From positions 1,922,001-1,986,000 of the forward strand of contig JAWMAR010000136.1 of assembly GCA_036785375.1 (NCBI GenBank): a stretch of DNA of 64,000 nucleotides. Reading direction: 5' to 3'. This stretch comes from Leucoraja ocellata. Lineage: Eukaryota. The stretch's first letter is position 1. Every line of letters starts with the position of its first letter. The notes under the pieces are model-generated. The model worked only from the letters and a program-made list of their open reading frames with translations, was not told where the DNA came from and ran no database searches. This document shows positions 1 through 13,165 of this stretch, piece by piece. Made by a program: the position numbers and the translations under genes.

Positions 1-999
1 AGCCTACTTTCCATCCACATAGTGCACTGATGTTTCAGTTTAAATTGCCTGCTCATCTCTATTGTGGTGGAGGGAATTGTCTTTAACTCTAAGATACAAA
101 TGCCACTATAGATTTATGATTGACATTTTGGACATATATCAATTTCTTCCAATGAAATATTTCAAAATCTTGCTTTAACCTACAGTAATACTATTTAGTA
201 GTTACTGGATAAAATTCAGATTCTGTTTGAGAATCTGGATTTCTTTATCTCCTGAGAGATATTGATGATTCCTACACAAACATTTGTTTTAAAAAGTATG
301 ACAAAATAATATTTTTTCAAAAAGACAAAACTACTTATTATTATTGATCCTTTTGGCTAAATGACAATTTAGTCTGGGCAATAATAGAAAAGCTCTAAAT
401 CAATAATTCATTTCACAATCAGCTCATCAAACAATCTTCACATATCAAACATTGTCATCTGTGCTAGAAATGTTGAATTGTTACGGACAGTGTGTTTAAA
501 TCTGAATTAACAATGCCCTTGCAGAAAACAAAGTCCAAATAAGGTCAGACAAATCATAAACTGAAATGATTCAGGCTCATTTTGGTTGCTCACTCTGGCT
601 TTTATCAAAGCAAATATTCTTGAGTAGCACCTTAAAATTGTAATAATAATGATTAGTGTGGTCTGTATGACTTTGTATTGACATTTTACTGACAGACTAA
701 CATCAAAGATTAGCTCTCACAATCCGAAGCTCAAATGAAGACAGCAGTAACAGCACATTATTGTTATTCCCATCAATAATTCAAATGGTCCATTAGATTT
801 GTGTCCATAGGTTGTCACAGAGTTTAAAGGGAAGCAAAATGTTCATCAAAAGCAAATTACACCGAGTCTGTTACTCATTCGGGGAATTTAACCCCAGAGC
901 CATCAGTGGGGTTTTCAGCAATGATTTCAGCAATCTTACAAAAATAACCTAACTGTTGTGATCAGATTATTAATGTTTCAACCCAGAACCACAAAAGAA

Positions 1000-1090
1000 G
1001 TCTAAAGAAGGGTCTTGACCCGAAACGTCATCCATTCCTTCTCTCCAGAGATTCTGCCTGTCTGCTGAGTTACTCCAGCATTTTGTGTCT
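1000..1090 (+). mobile_element. Short Penelope-derived repeat with mutated hammerhead core
   Basis: gtctaaagaagggtcttgacccgaaacgtca...ctgagttactccagcattttgtgtct, flanked by 13-bp direct repeat AACCACAAAAGAA (987-999, 1091-1103). Confidence 0.8.
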
Positions 1091-1799
1091 AACCACAAAA
1101 GAAAACCTTGAAGAATAGCATATCTATGGATCTTCTGCTAACAGTAATCATGAGAAGCTCCCAGGACACATACATGGACTTTTTCCTTGTTTATTTTTTT
1201 AGATATACACTCAAGTGAAAATCCAGCAAGCATTAAGTGCACAAACCCTATTGTTGTTGGTGGACCAGGTCACAGTTTTAATTTAACACTTAGAAATGAG
1301 GAATTTAGATGTGAGAGGAGGGAAGAACAGGTACAAATTTTGATAAGGCATTACCAAAAGTAAATCATTAACATTGTGACTTGTTTCAAGTGATAGACAG
1401 AATCAATATTAATATTGTGACATATCACCATCACTTTAAAGGTTTATTTAATCACTGAGTTACACACCACACTCTTAGTTAATAAAATATCCGGGCCTAC
1501 AAGTTTGATGGATCCTGCAAATGTTCAGGCAGAAGGTAGAGTGCACATTGCACATGGCTGTTGCTGAGTATTCAGTATCGAGGCTTCAGCTAATGGTCAT
1601 GCCGTCCCCTGATTACAATCACTCAGGTACGGTGTCTGTGTTATTCATTAGCTGCACATCTTTGGATGGGAGGAGAGTGCTTATAAAAGGTCCATGAGGG
1701 CAATTATAAGGAGGCATTCACATTCCAGTTGCAAGATAAGTGGTCGGAGCAATGTAATCTTTTTTGGGACATTCAGTCAATCTGTCAGATGCTGCTTTC

Positions 1800-2310
1800 A
1801 TAAGATCATATGGTCATAAGCGATAACAGTAGAATTAGGCCATTCAAGTCTACTCTGCCATTGAATCATGGCTGATCTATCTCTCCCTCCAAACCCCATT
1901 CTCCTGCCTTCTCTCCATAACCTCTGACACCTGTATTAATCAAGAATCTATCTATCTGTGCCTTAAAAAAATATCCACTGACTTGGCCTCCACAGCATTC
2001 TGTGGCAAAGAATTCCACAGATTCACCACCCTCTGACTGAAGACATTTTTCCTCATCTCCTTCCTAAATGAACCTTTAATTCTGAGCCTATGACCTCTAG
2101 TCCTAGACTCTCCCACTAATGGAAACATCCTCTCCACATGCACTCTATCCAAGCCTTTCATTATTCCGTATATTTCAATGGGGTTCTCCCTCATTCTTCT
2201 TAACTCCAGCAAGAACAGGCCCAGTTCTGACAAATGCACATCATAGGCTGATGCTCATTTCTGGGATAATTCTTGTAAACCTCCTCTGGACCCTCTCCAG
2301 AGCAAACACA
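1800..2310 (-). mobile_element. CR1-type LINE 3' fragment (HER1-like)
   Basis: Minus ORF encodes CR1 ORF2 C-terminal motif (SRTRGHRLRIKG..F SQRVVNLWNSLPQ..VEA), followed by 3' UTR and short tandem tail. Confidence 0.9.
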
Positions 2311-2654
2311 TGATATGGTGCTTTGGGATTGTGATCCAGTCAGCAAATCGTTCAAAGATAGACACCAAGTGATGTGGTAACTCAGCAGGTCAGGCAGTGT
2401 CTCTAGAGAAAAAGGAGAGCTGACTTTTTTCATATCTTTCAAGACCGGTTACAGTTGGGACTGTGCATGGTTGTGCCTGGTTGTAGTGCAGAAAGAAGTT
2501 CTATATTAACACCAGAGGTGTGAAGCTTTTCACTTCTTCTGTGAATACACCTTAACCATTTCCAACTTTCTTACTCAAAATATTTCCCACATTCCAACAC
2601 TGTACGGTACCGTATGACAACTGCCTATTGCCTCATTCCAACCTGCACATTTGC

Positions 2655-2958
2655 AATTGCACAGCTGCTGCATCACAGCATCTGACACCCAGGTTCAATT
2701 CCGACCTCAGGTGCTGTTTGTGTGGCATTTGCATGTTTTCCCTGCAACCCTGTGGGTTTCTTCTGGGTGCTCCGGTTTCCTCCCAAATCTCAAAGATGTG
2801 CAGGTTTGTGCAAAGATTTGTAGATTAATTAGCTTCTGTAAAATGACCCTTAGTATGTAGGGAGCGGATGGAAAAGTGGTAAAATGTAAAAATAGTGTGA
2901 TCAGGTGATAGATAGTTGACGTGGACTTAGTTTCCATGCTGCATCTCTAAACTAAACC
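2655..2958 (+). mobile_element. HE1/V-SINE-like tRNA-derived SINE (diverged)
   Basis: B-box-like ggttcaattcc, central V-domain-like gggtgctccggtttcctccc, tail tttccatgctgcatctctaaactaaa. Confidence 0.8.
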
Positions 2959-3947
2959 TATTTTATTTAATAATAATTCAAATTGCAAGCAGATATCGCG
3001 TTACAATGATAGTTAGAGTGTTTTAAAACTGCTTAAGATGTAATATTGCAATGTCACAATTAAATCACAGGGATTGACATAATGACCTAAATATCAGCAG
3101 ATATAACTACAGAGTAAATAACGTTTATTCAAAGTAGCCCAATATTGCTTGTTATATACTGTAGGTCTATAACTTGTAGTCACTCTAGCAGAATGTGCCT
3201 GTTCCTCTGAATGTTCTGCAGGAGATGAATTAAAAGGTAGCAGACTGGTATTTCCCTCCAATTGGCTGCTGGCCACAGGAGAATTCCTCAAATGCAATGT
3301 AGGAGGTGGTGCTGGAAATCTGTGCAGTGTCGGTATCCACAAATGATCCCTGATTTCTGCTTCTCCTTACATTGATGAATCACAGGAACCTTTCCCAGCT
3401 CTCCAGATCCTCCGCTCACCTCTGCAATTCTGCCATGACTATCTCCAACTCCTCCGCACCCATCTTCTGCTACTACATTTGAAACCTGCCATTTCCTTGT
3501 ATCAATTCAACACACCCTTTTTGTTGTTTAATCGCAACAACCCTTTATTTATTCCCTGACTGTGTGCTGGTTTACAGCCGGTTCTTCTCCAAATATCTTA
3601 CAGTTCTGATGACAGGTCATCAAAATGAAACATGAATGAGGTTGCTACCTTCTGCTGAGATTCTTCAGCTCCTTTTCCCTTTTTGTTAGAGGAAATCAAA
3701 CAACTTCAGTTTGCCATTTTTATTTTATACTTTTGTTGCCTTGCTCTTTTGTCACAACATCATTTAAATGCAATTAATTTAAATGGAGATCTTTGTTTGC
3801 CGACACTTCTATAATTTTAATAATCTAACCTTTTTTTTTTTAAATACAGTTTAGTTGATTTTTACTTCAGAAATATATTTGTGATTGGGTGTAGGATCAA
3901 CGCATTTCTTTGTTCCATCGCTGTTCATCTGTGAAAGATTCCACCAA

Positions 3948-4260
3948 GGGCGGCACGGTGGCGCAGCGGTAGAATTGCTGCCTTATAGAGCTTGCAGTGT
4001 CGGGGACCCGGGTTAGATCCCAACTACGGGTGTTGTCTGTACGGAGTTTTCCGTTCCCCCCGTGACCGCGGGGGTTTTCTCTGAGATTTTCAGTTTCCTC
4101 CCACACGCCAAAGATGTACAGGTTTGTAGGTTAATTAGCTTGGTATTAATGTTAATTGTCCCTAGTATGTAGGACAGTGTTAGCGTGCAGGGATCGCTGG
4201 TCAGTGCGGACATGGTGGGCGAAAGGGCCTGTTTTCGCGCTGTATCTCTAAAACTAAAAT
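3948..4260 (+). mobile_element. HE1/V-SINE-like SINE, full length
   Basis: tRNA-like head ggcggcacggtggcgcagcggtag...gggttagatccc, central domain, CR1-like tail gggcctgttttcgcgctgtatctctaaaactaaa. Confidence 0.88.
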
Positions 4261-4626
4261 ATCTACACGTGAAAAATTCGAACAGAGTTTCCTAAGAACG
4301 TTGAGCTACCTGTCCTCACCACTCTCCTCCCCATCGGCTCTGCACTTACATTCTGCAAATCTTCAAGCATCGCAGGAGGGCACATTATTAAGATAACTGG
4401 TACATCTGTTTAAGATGAAGAGAACAAGGGTTTGACCCAGTCAGCTGTAGACACTAAATCGTTAAGCATTTTCAAGGCCGAGGTAGATTGATTATTTGGA
4501 CTGTAGAAAAATCGGATCCAAAAAAAGTTGAGGGGAAGTTGAGACAATCGGTCAAATCCACCATAATCAGATTGAAAAGCAAATTGATTCAAGAGGACTT
4601 CGGTCTAATCCTGCATCAATTTCTTA

Positions 4627-4820
4627 TGTAGAAACGAGGCACTGCTCAGAAGTTGGTTTATAATAGAAAACATAAAGTACTGGAATATCTCAGCAGGTCA
4701 GGCAGCATCTACGGGGAACATGGAAAGACATCGTTTTTGGTCGGGACCTTTCTTCAGAGTCTGTCCATGTTCTCCAATGATGCTGCCTGAACCGCTGAAT
4801 TACTCCAGTACTTAGTCTCT
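4627..4820. mobile_element. Inverted pair of Penelope-derived repeats
   Basis: aagtactggaatatctcagcaggtcaggcagcatc...catgga is mirrored by tccatg...gatgctgcctgaaccgctgaattactccagtactt. Confidence 0.75.
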
Positions 4821-5426
4821 AGCGATTTCTCATTCTCTATTACTGTATCGTTGTGCTTCAATTTTCACCAGAATCACTGAAACTGTTCGTTAGCAACTAC
4901 ACCACCCTTTACAAGGAGAATTATAGATGTGCAGTTAACTCCGCCTTACCAACGATGGGCAGCAACAAAATAAATATATGAAATGTACATCTTTTGTTTT
5001 AACCAGGCCTCTTCAACTAAGCCATTTTCTTTTAAATTGTGCATCCCTTTGTTCATAATGCCCCCCCCCCCCCTACTCTTCCAATCAAATTAAATTTCAT
5101 CACACTTTTTGCATTGATTTTCCCATATCTGTCTATAACTTATTTGCATCTAGCCTTCCTTCTCAAAGTTTAATAGCTTTTTGCATTTTGTATTAGATGC
5201 AAACTTTTAGACTGTGCTCTGGAAACATTAAAGATGCTAACCTGTGTCAAAAGGCTCAGCTTTGCTCTCCCAATCACTGGGGAACAAAGATTTATTCATC
5301 CCTATCACCTGAAAGACAATAATAAGCCTTTGCACTTTGCTTCTGGGCCAATTTTCTATCCATGATACTGTAAACTCATGAGGCTATGACTTAACAAAAA
5401 GCTTCCTGATGTGGTATTTATAATAT

Positions 5427-5720
5427 AGTAATAGCACCAAACGTGGTGAACAAACAGTTGCTTTATTCAGACATTACATGGTTGACGTACATGCAAGTTT
5501 GGTCCTCTAACATATTGTCGTTGCTGCTGCAGCTGAGAGAGGGTGTTGTCTCGAGCTCAGCTACCTGGTGACTCCAGATCTCAAGGTGAGATCTGCTTAT
5601 GTAGCAGGACACGCCCCTTAACCCATGACATCACGTGACAGCCCTCGTAACCACTGACGAGGGTTCGACCTCACCCGTAAGTGGTCTGACCATCGGCTGA
5701 CTCCACTTCCCCGTTAAACA
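5427..5720 (-). mobile_element. Candidate solo LTR
   Basis: 294-bp GC-richer insert flanked by AATAT (5422-5426, 5721-5725). Minus strand starts TGT and has TACATAA (TATA-like) upstream of AATAAA (plus-strand tttatt 5462-5467). The other end reads CT rather than CA. Confidence 0.5.
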
Positions 5721-5897
5721 AATATAATTTGTGTTGAGCAAATCTGTATTTACTTTCATTTTGGCCTTTAATCTAATGAATACTAAACATCGACAATCTA
5801 TGCTATCATCTCCAAAGCTATTAGCACAGTCTCCAAAGCACGGGGAAAAACTTTGGAATCAGATCTGCTGAGTATTTTCAGTTACTGGAATTTCAGT

Positions 5898-6143
5898 TTT
5901 GTTTTTTAGTTTGGGGATACAGTGCGGAAACAGGCCCTTCGGCCCACCGGGTCCACACTGACTAGCGAGCCCCGCACATTGACACTATCCTACACACACC
6001 AGGGACATTTTCCATTTATACCAAGTCACTTAAACTACAAACCAGTACGTCTTTCGAGTGTGGGAGAAACACACGCAGTCATGGGGAGAACGTACAAACT
6101 CCGTACAGACAGCACCCGTAGTCAGGATCAAACCCAGGTCTCT
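5898..6143 (-). mobile_element. HE1/V-SINE-like SINE
   Basis: Reverse complement of the 3948-4260 element (gatacagtgcggaaacaggcccttcggccc...gtcaggatcaaacccagg). Confidence 0.85.
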
Positions 6144-6384
6144 AGCTGGGATAAAGCAAGGATAAGGTATTTTGTCTTCAGTAGTCAAATTTTCAAGCTT
6201 TGGGGCAGTGTGGGTTCCCTCTTCCTGATTAAAACAGGAGCAGTAGAACTTACAGCCTCCAAGAGTGAGATCTCATAGCAGACCACACATTTGGCCAATC
6301 ATAACCCTTCAAACCGATTGTATCCATGTACCTGCCCATGAACGTTTTATCTGCTTCAACAAATAAAATAAACAACGAGAAAGT

Positions 6385-6690
6385 ATCATAGAGTCATACA
6401 GCAGTGGAACAGGCCTTTTGGCCCAACTTGCCCATGCCGACCAAGATGCCCCATCTACACAAGTCCCACCTGCCCACATTTGGCCCATTACCTTCTAAAC
6501 CTTTCCTATCCATGTACCTGTCCAAATGTCTTTTAAATGTTGTTATTGTACCTTCCTCAACTACTTTCTCTGTCAGCTCTTTCCACATTCCCACCACCTC
6601 TGCCTGAAAAAGTTGCCCCTCAGGCTCCAATTAAATCTTTCTTCTCTCACCTAAACCTACGCCCTGTAGCTGTTGATTCCCCTAACCTAG
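6385..6690 (-). mobile_element. CR1-type LINE 3' fragment
   Basis: Minus ORF ...VVEEGTITTFKRHLDRYMDRKGLEG, plus 3' UTR ending in (ctatga)-type tail. Confidence 0.85.
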
Positions 6691-7329
6691 GTATGCTGGT
6701 GTTACATACCATTTTATCAGCTGGCACAAGTTGATACATTTCAACTCAGTAGGTAACATTAACATTTGTGCCAAAGATCAAGGAAGTTCTGGACCAATGA
6801 TGCATGGGGACATCTCAAGTGAGTCCATCTCAAATTTACAGGCCAGGACTATCAACCTTCCTGCATTTGTGTAACAAAGAAATGGTAAATAAATGTCAAT
6901 GATTTTCCAAAATTGGTGGACGAATGTTGTCAGTTGTGTCCAGTTCCAGCTCGTGAATTCATGAGTTTTATCTAACTAATTAAATGGAAAAACCTCTGAT
7001 GTGTAAAGAGAATGAAGTGGAAATTCAATTGCCTAGCCCTTATTTTCTCACATGGGATATGTGCTCCCACTGGTTCAAAATGGTTCTCATTAGTGCTGAC
7101 AATATTTCTCTATATTCATTAAAGGCATGTGGGTTTCATCGGCTGAGCAAGCATTTAATTTGCTATTTTTAGCTGCCTCTGAGAAGGTGCTGGTGAGCTG
7201 CCCTCTTGAACAGCTGTATTTCATAATATTATCTGGTGTGGCATCTGTGCTGTAGAATCTCAGAGTTCAGTGCAAACTCACCACTTTGGAACTGAAATAT
7301 GGGCTTCTACATTTTTGCTAAATTGTGAG

Positions 7330-7970
7330 AGCTCTAGATCTTGGCATAACTGGGAGCAGAGTTATGTGAAATGAGAAATATATAAAAGCATGGTCTTGGT
7401 GAGGGGAGGAGCAGTAAACCATTAGTGCATGGACATAAATCTAGATGAGTAGGTGAGCAGGAATGATAACAATGCCAACATTGAATGAGTTGCACAGTGA
7501 GAAAGGCTGTCAGATATACAGCAGGATGAAGATCAGTTGCAAAAATGGGCAGAGAAATGGCAGATGAAGTGCAAGGAATAGAGGGATATGAATCTTGTAC
7601 AGGCAGATACAATCAGTTTACCTTGGCATCATGGTTAAAACAAACGTTGTGGGCTGAACTGGGCTGAAATATTCCTGGGCTGCACTGTGTAGGAATGAAC
7701 TGCAAATGCTGGTTTACACCGAAGCTAGTCACAAAAAGCGCAACAACCTCTGTGGGTCAGGCAACATCTCTGGAGAAAAGGAATAGGTGATGTTGTCCCC
7801 AAGACATACAGGTTGATAGGTTAGCCCCTAGTATATGGTGGAGCAGTAAAATCTGGGGTACATTAATAAGAATGTAGCAGAATAAAAGTAGGATCAGTGA
7901 AAGATTAGTTTAAATGTGTCCTTTAGGTTCAGCATGGATCTGTCTCCATGCTGTATATTTCTATGACGCT
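7330..7970 (+). mobile_element. Composite of degraded CR1, Penelope-derived repeat (about 7688-7795) and SINE 3' half
   Basis: CR1-like aaatgggcagagaaatggcagatg; tgtaggaatgaactgcaaatgctggttt...catctctggagaaaagg; ccaagacatacaggttgataggtta...tccatgctgtat. Confidence 0.6.
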
Positions 7971-8184
7971 CGGATTTAGCATATGAACTTTGACAGAATG
8001 GACATTTTTCTGATCACATCTCAGAGAGGGATATTTCATCTCTTGGAAAATGGTTTTCAATGCAGACTAACAAAGCTTTACTGAGCACTGAGAGAAATGA
8101 TACCATCCTCAGAGCTGAGCAATGTGATTTTAAACAGTGGGTAATGTGATGTTAAACATTGACCACACTGCATACATCTCCTCA

Positions 8185-8400
8185 AGGGCCTGTCCCACTT
8201 TCACAACCTAATTCACAACCTTTTTTACACGTGGACATTTTTCATCAGACTAGAAAAACGCCCCGACCTAGTTGATGCCACGGTACCTACGACTAGCATC
8301 ATGACCTACCTACGACCTCGTGACGACCATGCTGCGAGTATGAGTCAAGGGCAAACTCGGCAGAGGTCGTGAATTAAGTCGTGAAAGTGGGACAGGTCCT
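8185..8400. mobile_element. PIF/Harbinger-type MITE
   Basis: About 35-bp TIRs: AGGGCCTGTCCCACTTTCACAACCTAATTCAC / GTGAATTAAGTCGTGAAAGTGGGACAGGTCCT. Flanks TCA and TTA (3-bp TNA-type target). No coding capacity. Confidence 0.82.
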
Positions 8401-8712
8401 TTAATAGTTATGTTCCTTTCTCATGTGGCTGATGGTTTAATTTCTAAAATAAGATTGTTTACTGTTTCCATCTTGAACCCTGCTGGAGAGAAGGCCAGGG
8501 TGATTTATCCATTTTATAAAACATGAAATACTTTATTGGAGAATCTAAAGCAAGGTTCTGATCTAATTATTACCCACCTCTATGTGGCCTTGATGTAGAG
8601 GTCATGGTTTTGGAAATGAGTGAATGAGATTAGCACCCAGAAACTGCAAGGCATGAATGCACTTATTATGATGTAGGCTCAACTATCTCTTTATAAACAG
8701 CTGGCAGAAGTT

Positions 8713-9047
8713 TAATAATAATAATAATAATACATTTTATTTATGGGCGCCTTTCAATAGTCTCAAGGACACCTTACAAAAAGTTAGCAGGTAGAGGAAA
8801 AACATGCAAGGGGAATGGAACAAACAGCAGAGACATGACTAGTACACAAAGCAAACACAGAACTCAACACAAAACACAGTATGAGGCAATCAATGCACAG
8901 ATGAAAAGGGACGGCACGTGGGGCCAAGGATAGGCAGAGGCGAAGAGATGGGTCCTGAGGCGGGACTGGAAGATGGTGAGGGACACGGAACCGCGGATCA
9001 GTTGGGGGAGGGAGTTCCAGAGCCTGGGAGCTGCCCTGGAAAATGCA
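8713..9047 (-). mobile_element. L2-type LINE 3' end
   Basis: Minus ORF AFSRAAPRLWNSLP..IR...SL..FQSRLRTHLF, then 3' UTR with gtgtccttgag...aaaggcgcccataaataaa and (TTA)n tail. Confidence 0.85.
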
Positions 9048-9129
9048 TTCATATATTAATGCTAGTGAATTGGTCACGGTAAATTCCAAGCCTTTCCAAC
9101 ATTAATAATAGTAAAAATCAGATAGATAG

Positions 9130-10210
9130 AGACAGGAAGTCAGACAGATGGTAAGAAATTGCAGCAAAAATGTACGCAGGTGACAGTTTGTGAAAATGAG
9201 AATTTCCTCAAGTAGGAATCTGTGAAAGTGAGAGCACCTCCAAATGAGAGTGCAAGCAAATGCAAAAGAAGAGTGCATGCACGCAACTGTGTACACAAGC
9301 AGAAGGACACGCAGCATGACAATGTGCAACTGGAATTGTGTGCCAGCAAAACTGAATGCAATTATAAATGTTTGTAAGCATAAGTACATGGGATCAAGGA
9401 AAGAACATTCACGCCACGAACCTGTTTCCACCAATCTTTCCACCACCGCGCACAAGAAGCACAAGAAGCAACAAGACAGACACCATTGTATGCAGATGCC
9501 GAGAAGTGTGTTCAGCTCCGGCTGAACAACTTCTAATCTTGTGTGTGGACGCGATAAGAAGGAGAAGCATAAGTACATGAAAAAAGAGAGCACTCATGAG
9601 TGGGAGTCAATGCAACTGGGAGCACGTCCACTTCAATGCAACTGTGGAGGCCGTCATTGGATATATTTAAAGCGGAGATCGATAGGTTCGATGAGAAAGG
9701 GTGTCAAAGGTTGCAGGAAGAAGGCAGGAGAATGGTGTTGAGAGGGAAAAATAGATCACCCAAGATTGAATGGCACAGCAAGTTTGATCGGCCAAATGGC
9801 CTAATGCTGCCCCTATGCCAATGCAAATTAGTATGCATACAAGCATGCAACCGTGCAGACAAGCAGGAGAGTAGCATTAGCATGTGTATGCAGATCTACA
9901 GTATGAGACTCTGTGCAAGTGAGAGGCTGGACAAAAACCTGTCTGCAAAAACAAGTCTTCATAAGCAAGAGACCATGCGACCAAGACTTTGCACAAGCAA
10001 GAAGGGATGCAATTGAGAGTTTTCAACAAGCAAGAATACATGCAATTGAGAGTGATGCCATTGTGAGCACATATATAAATGGGAAACTTTATAATTGAGA
10101 AATAGTACATGCAAGGAAGAGTAAAGGATTTGAACAGCTGGGGAAATAAATTGGGTGTATGTTTGCAGGGGCTCTATACAAACAAGTGGCCACTAGTATG
10201 CAAGGAATAA
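9130..10210. repeat. Degenerate purine-rich (A)TGCA(AG) low-complexity tract with a CR1 fragment (about 9640-9815)
   Basis: Many tgca/atgca/gcaag motifs, strong strand skew, local duplicates such as atgcaattgagagt twice and agcataagtacatg twice. Confidence 0.55.
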
Positions 10211-11014
10211 AGGGGAGAGAATTATTTAAATAGATGGGAAAACAGAAAGGAAGTTGGAGAAGTTCGAGAGACCCAGTTTTGGGACGTTACTTCTCAGGAC
10301 CAAATGATGATACTCATAATTCTGACAATAGAAGCTATATTTCAAATGGAATCATATTTTCAACAATTTCAAGTCCAAATCCCAGTGACTGGAAATCAAA
10401 CATTTTTAATATGCTTAATGAAGATTTTAGCATTCAGATATGATTAACTGTGGAGAGAAACTCCTTCTTCACTCCACCCTCAGAAGTTGGCACCCCAGTG
10501 CTCCTGAATGAATCTCTACTCTGATATCACTGATACATATTTTTTTTGTGATATTTGTGACAACCCCATTGTCCCCATTCCCCTGCACTTGCCTCAAAGC
10601 CGTGCAAGGGATTCTTTCCCTTGTGCCCATCTAATTAATTGAAAGGTAATGGTTGATTTTGCTTCTCTGCACCCACTGGAATCAACATCGTAGCAATCAT
10701 TGAGAAGGAAAGATTTTTGTCACAGTCCATTTGACTGTTTTGTCCACATCTTTAAATGGAAGAGACAGATGACTGAAATCAACTCAGTCAAAAAACACTC
10801 ATGTTCTTCGGCACCCCGACCAAATTTCCTTTCATACTTATTTGCTCCAAAGAAGAAACAAAACACCAGCTTCTTCATTCGAACACTGTAGTTAAAATCC
10901 CTCATCCCTCAAATACATTTAATCTATTTCACAGATTAATGTGTGAAATACATTAGGAAGCATGCTTTGCAACAGTATTGAGAAAGAGTGAGGGAATTGG
11001 ATTTTATTGGAATG

Positions 11015-11212
11015 GAGACACAAGGAATTGCAGATGCTGGAATCTTGACCAAGCCACAAAGCGGTGGAGGAGTGGAGGAGTGGAACAGGCCAGGCAGCGT
11101 GTGTGGAAGGAATGGACAGATGATATTTCTTCAGACCCTGAAGTATCCCGACTCAAAATGTCACCTGCCCATTCCCTCAACAGCTGCCTGACCCGCTAGG
11201 TTCCTCCAGCAT
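11015..11212. mobile_element. Inverted pair of Penelope-derived repeats (diverged)
   Basis: gagacacaaggaattgcagatgctgg...tcttcagac|cctgaag...tgcctgacccgctaggttcctccagca. Confidence 0.65.
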
Positions 11213-12057
11213 ATCCTCCAGATAGGAATGGCTCTACCCGCAAACACTCAATGGACTATATGGCCTTCTTTCATGTTGTAACAATGCTCTGAAAATTAGG
11301 ATTCAAATAAGTATCAGCCCAAAGGAAGCTTTCATGTTATCAGTCTGAAGTGAATTCAAACAAACTCCCAGGAGGTAGAAAAAAATATTTTAACCTACTG
11401 TGTTATTTAGTCCCTGTCAGAAGCTCTCTCTTTAAAAGTGTTCTATTTTGAACAGCGTATTTCAATTAATCTACTTTGCAGAGCTGTGAAAATGTACTGA
11501 CAGCATAAAGGGAAAAAAAAATTATTATTGGAAATCCAAGTATAGTTTTTCATGGCCCTGGGGGCATTATGCTTAAATCTATTTCATGACGGTGCTTATG
11601 CTGGGTTTTATCTTCGTTGCTGCATAACTCAGATATGACAGCTACTGACTCGTAGAGGCTAGAAATAAGTTGCAAGTGCAGAAATAATCTTGGCATCTTG
11701 GTTCCTAACATAAGAGGAAGTGGCAGCTGTGGCAGAACAATCCTGAGCTCGAATATCCATCATCCTTGAGTCAGACTCAGACCTCGGCCCCATTGAAGCT
11801 GTTCAGCAGCATTCACGCTATGCACTAGCATCGATCAGCATCAACCCCAACTCTACACTTCCAAAATTACCTCATCTTAAATGGATATGCCAATTTTTCC
11901 AGAACAGCTGTATCATTTTTTGTGACGTGCCTGTACCACCTGCGTCCACCTCCACTGGCTTATTCCATTCCTGGATAACTTTGCACCTTGCCATGAAAGG
12001 GGGAATACAAGCAGTTCAAGTGTTTTCATGCCTCTCCTTTCACCTCTTTCTTTTTGT

Positions 12058-12322
12058 TTTCAGTTTTATAGATACAGCGTGGAAACAGGCCCTTCCGCCC
12101 ATTGAGTCCATGCCGACCAGTGATCATACATACACTAGTTCTATCCTGCACACTAGGGAGAATTTACAGAAGTAAATTAACCTACAAGCCTGTACGTATG
12201 GGAGGAAACTGGATTACCCCATGAAAACCCACGTGGTCACAGGGAGAACGTACAAACACTACACAGAGAGCTCTCGTAGTCAGGATTGAACCTGGGTATT
12301 TGGTGCTGTGAGGCAGCAACTG
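12058..12322 (-). mobile_element. HE1/V-SINE-like SINE
   Basis: gatacagcgtggaaacaggccc...gtcaggattgaacctggg...gtgctgtgaggcagcaac. Confidence 0.85.
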
Positions 12323-12387
12323 TGATGATCTCTTATTGGCTTGTTTTCAAATAACATCCAAGCTAAAGGCCATTCTCAAGAAAGCCA

Positions 12388-12482
12388 AGATAGACACAAA
12401 AAGCTGCATTAACTCAGCGGGTCAGGCAGCATCTCTGCAGAGAATGAATAGGCGACGTTTAGGGTCGAGAACCTTCTTCACT
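12388..12482 (-). mobile_element. Short Penelope-derived repeat
   Basis: gatagacacaaaaagctg...ctcagcgggtcaggcagcatctct...gacgtttagggtcgagaaccttcttca. Confidence 0.8.
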
Positions 12483-12489
12483 ACCTTCA

Positions 12490-13165
12490 GTACACAATAG
12501 ATGATATAATAAATAAACAAAAGTCAAATAAATAAATAAATAATAGAGTACAAAACAAAACAAAGCCCAAAGTCCCTAGTGCAACCAAAGTAGTTTGTAG
12601 ATCAGAGTTTAGTTGGTATTGGAGTTTGAAGTGTTGATTAGCCTGATGGGTGTGGGAAGAAGCTGCTCCTGAACATTAACTGTTTTCAGATCACTATTCC
12701 TTCTTCCCGATGTAGGAGTGCAATGAGCATGTGGCCAGGGTGGTGTGGGTCCTTAACGACGATGGCTGCATTTTTGAGCCAGCACCTGCTATAGATTCCT
12801 TTGATGGTGGGGAGGTCAGTACTCATGATGGACCAGGCAGTGTCCACCGCTTTTTATTATCTCCTTTATTCCCGGGCATTCGAGTTACCAAACAAGGCCA
12901 TGATGCAACAAACCAACATCTGCAGCAATTCAAAAGAATGTTTGTCGACATACCGAATATCCTCAGTCTTCTAAGGAAGTCGGGTGTTGATGAGCTTTCA
13001 TTATGGGTGCGTCAATGTGCAAGGTCCAGGCCAGATCTTCAGGGATATACATGCCCATGAACTTGAAATTGTTTATTCTCTCCACCATCGATGAAGCCAA
13101 GTTTGCGGATCCTTGGCCATCCATTTGTAAAGTCAACAATCAGTTCCTTGGTTTTACTGATGCTG
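12490..13165 (-). mobile_element. Degraded Rex1/Babar-like LINE 3' fragment
   Basis: Plus strand agcctgatgggtgtgggaagaagctgctcctgaac and cttcttcccga are reverse complements of the SFFP and LPSGRR coding motifs seen intact at 60140-60262. Confidence 0.6.

Noticed and set aside
3948-4025. tRNA-like sequences (also 42818, 58388)
   Set aside because: These are SINE heads continuing into V-domain and LINE tail, with no complete cloverleaf.
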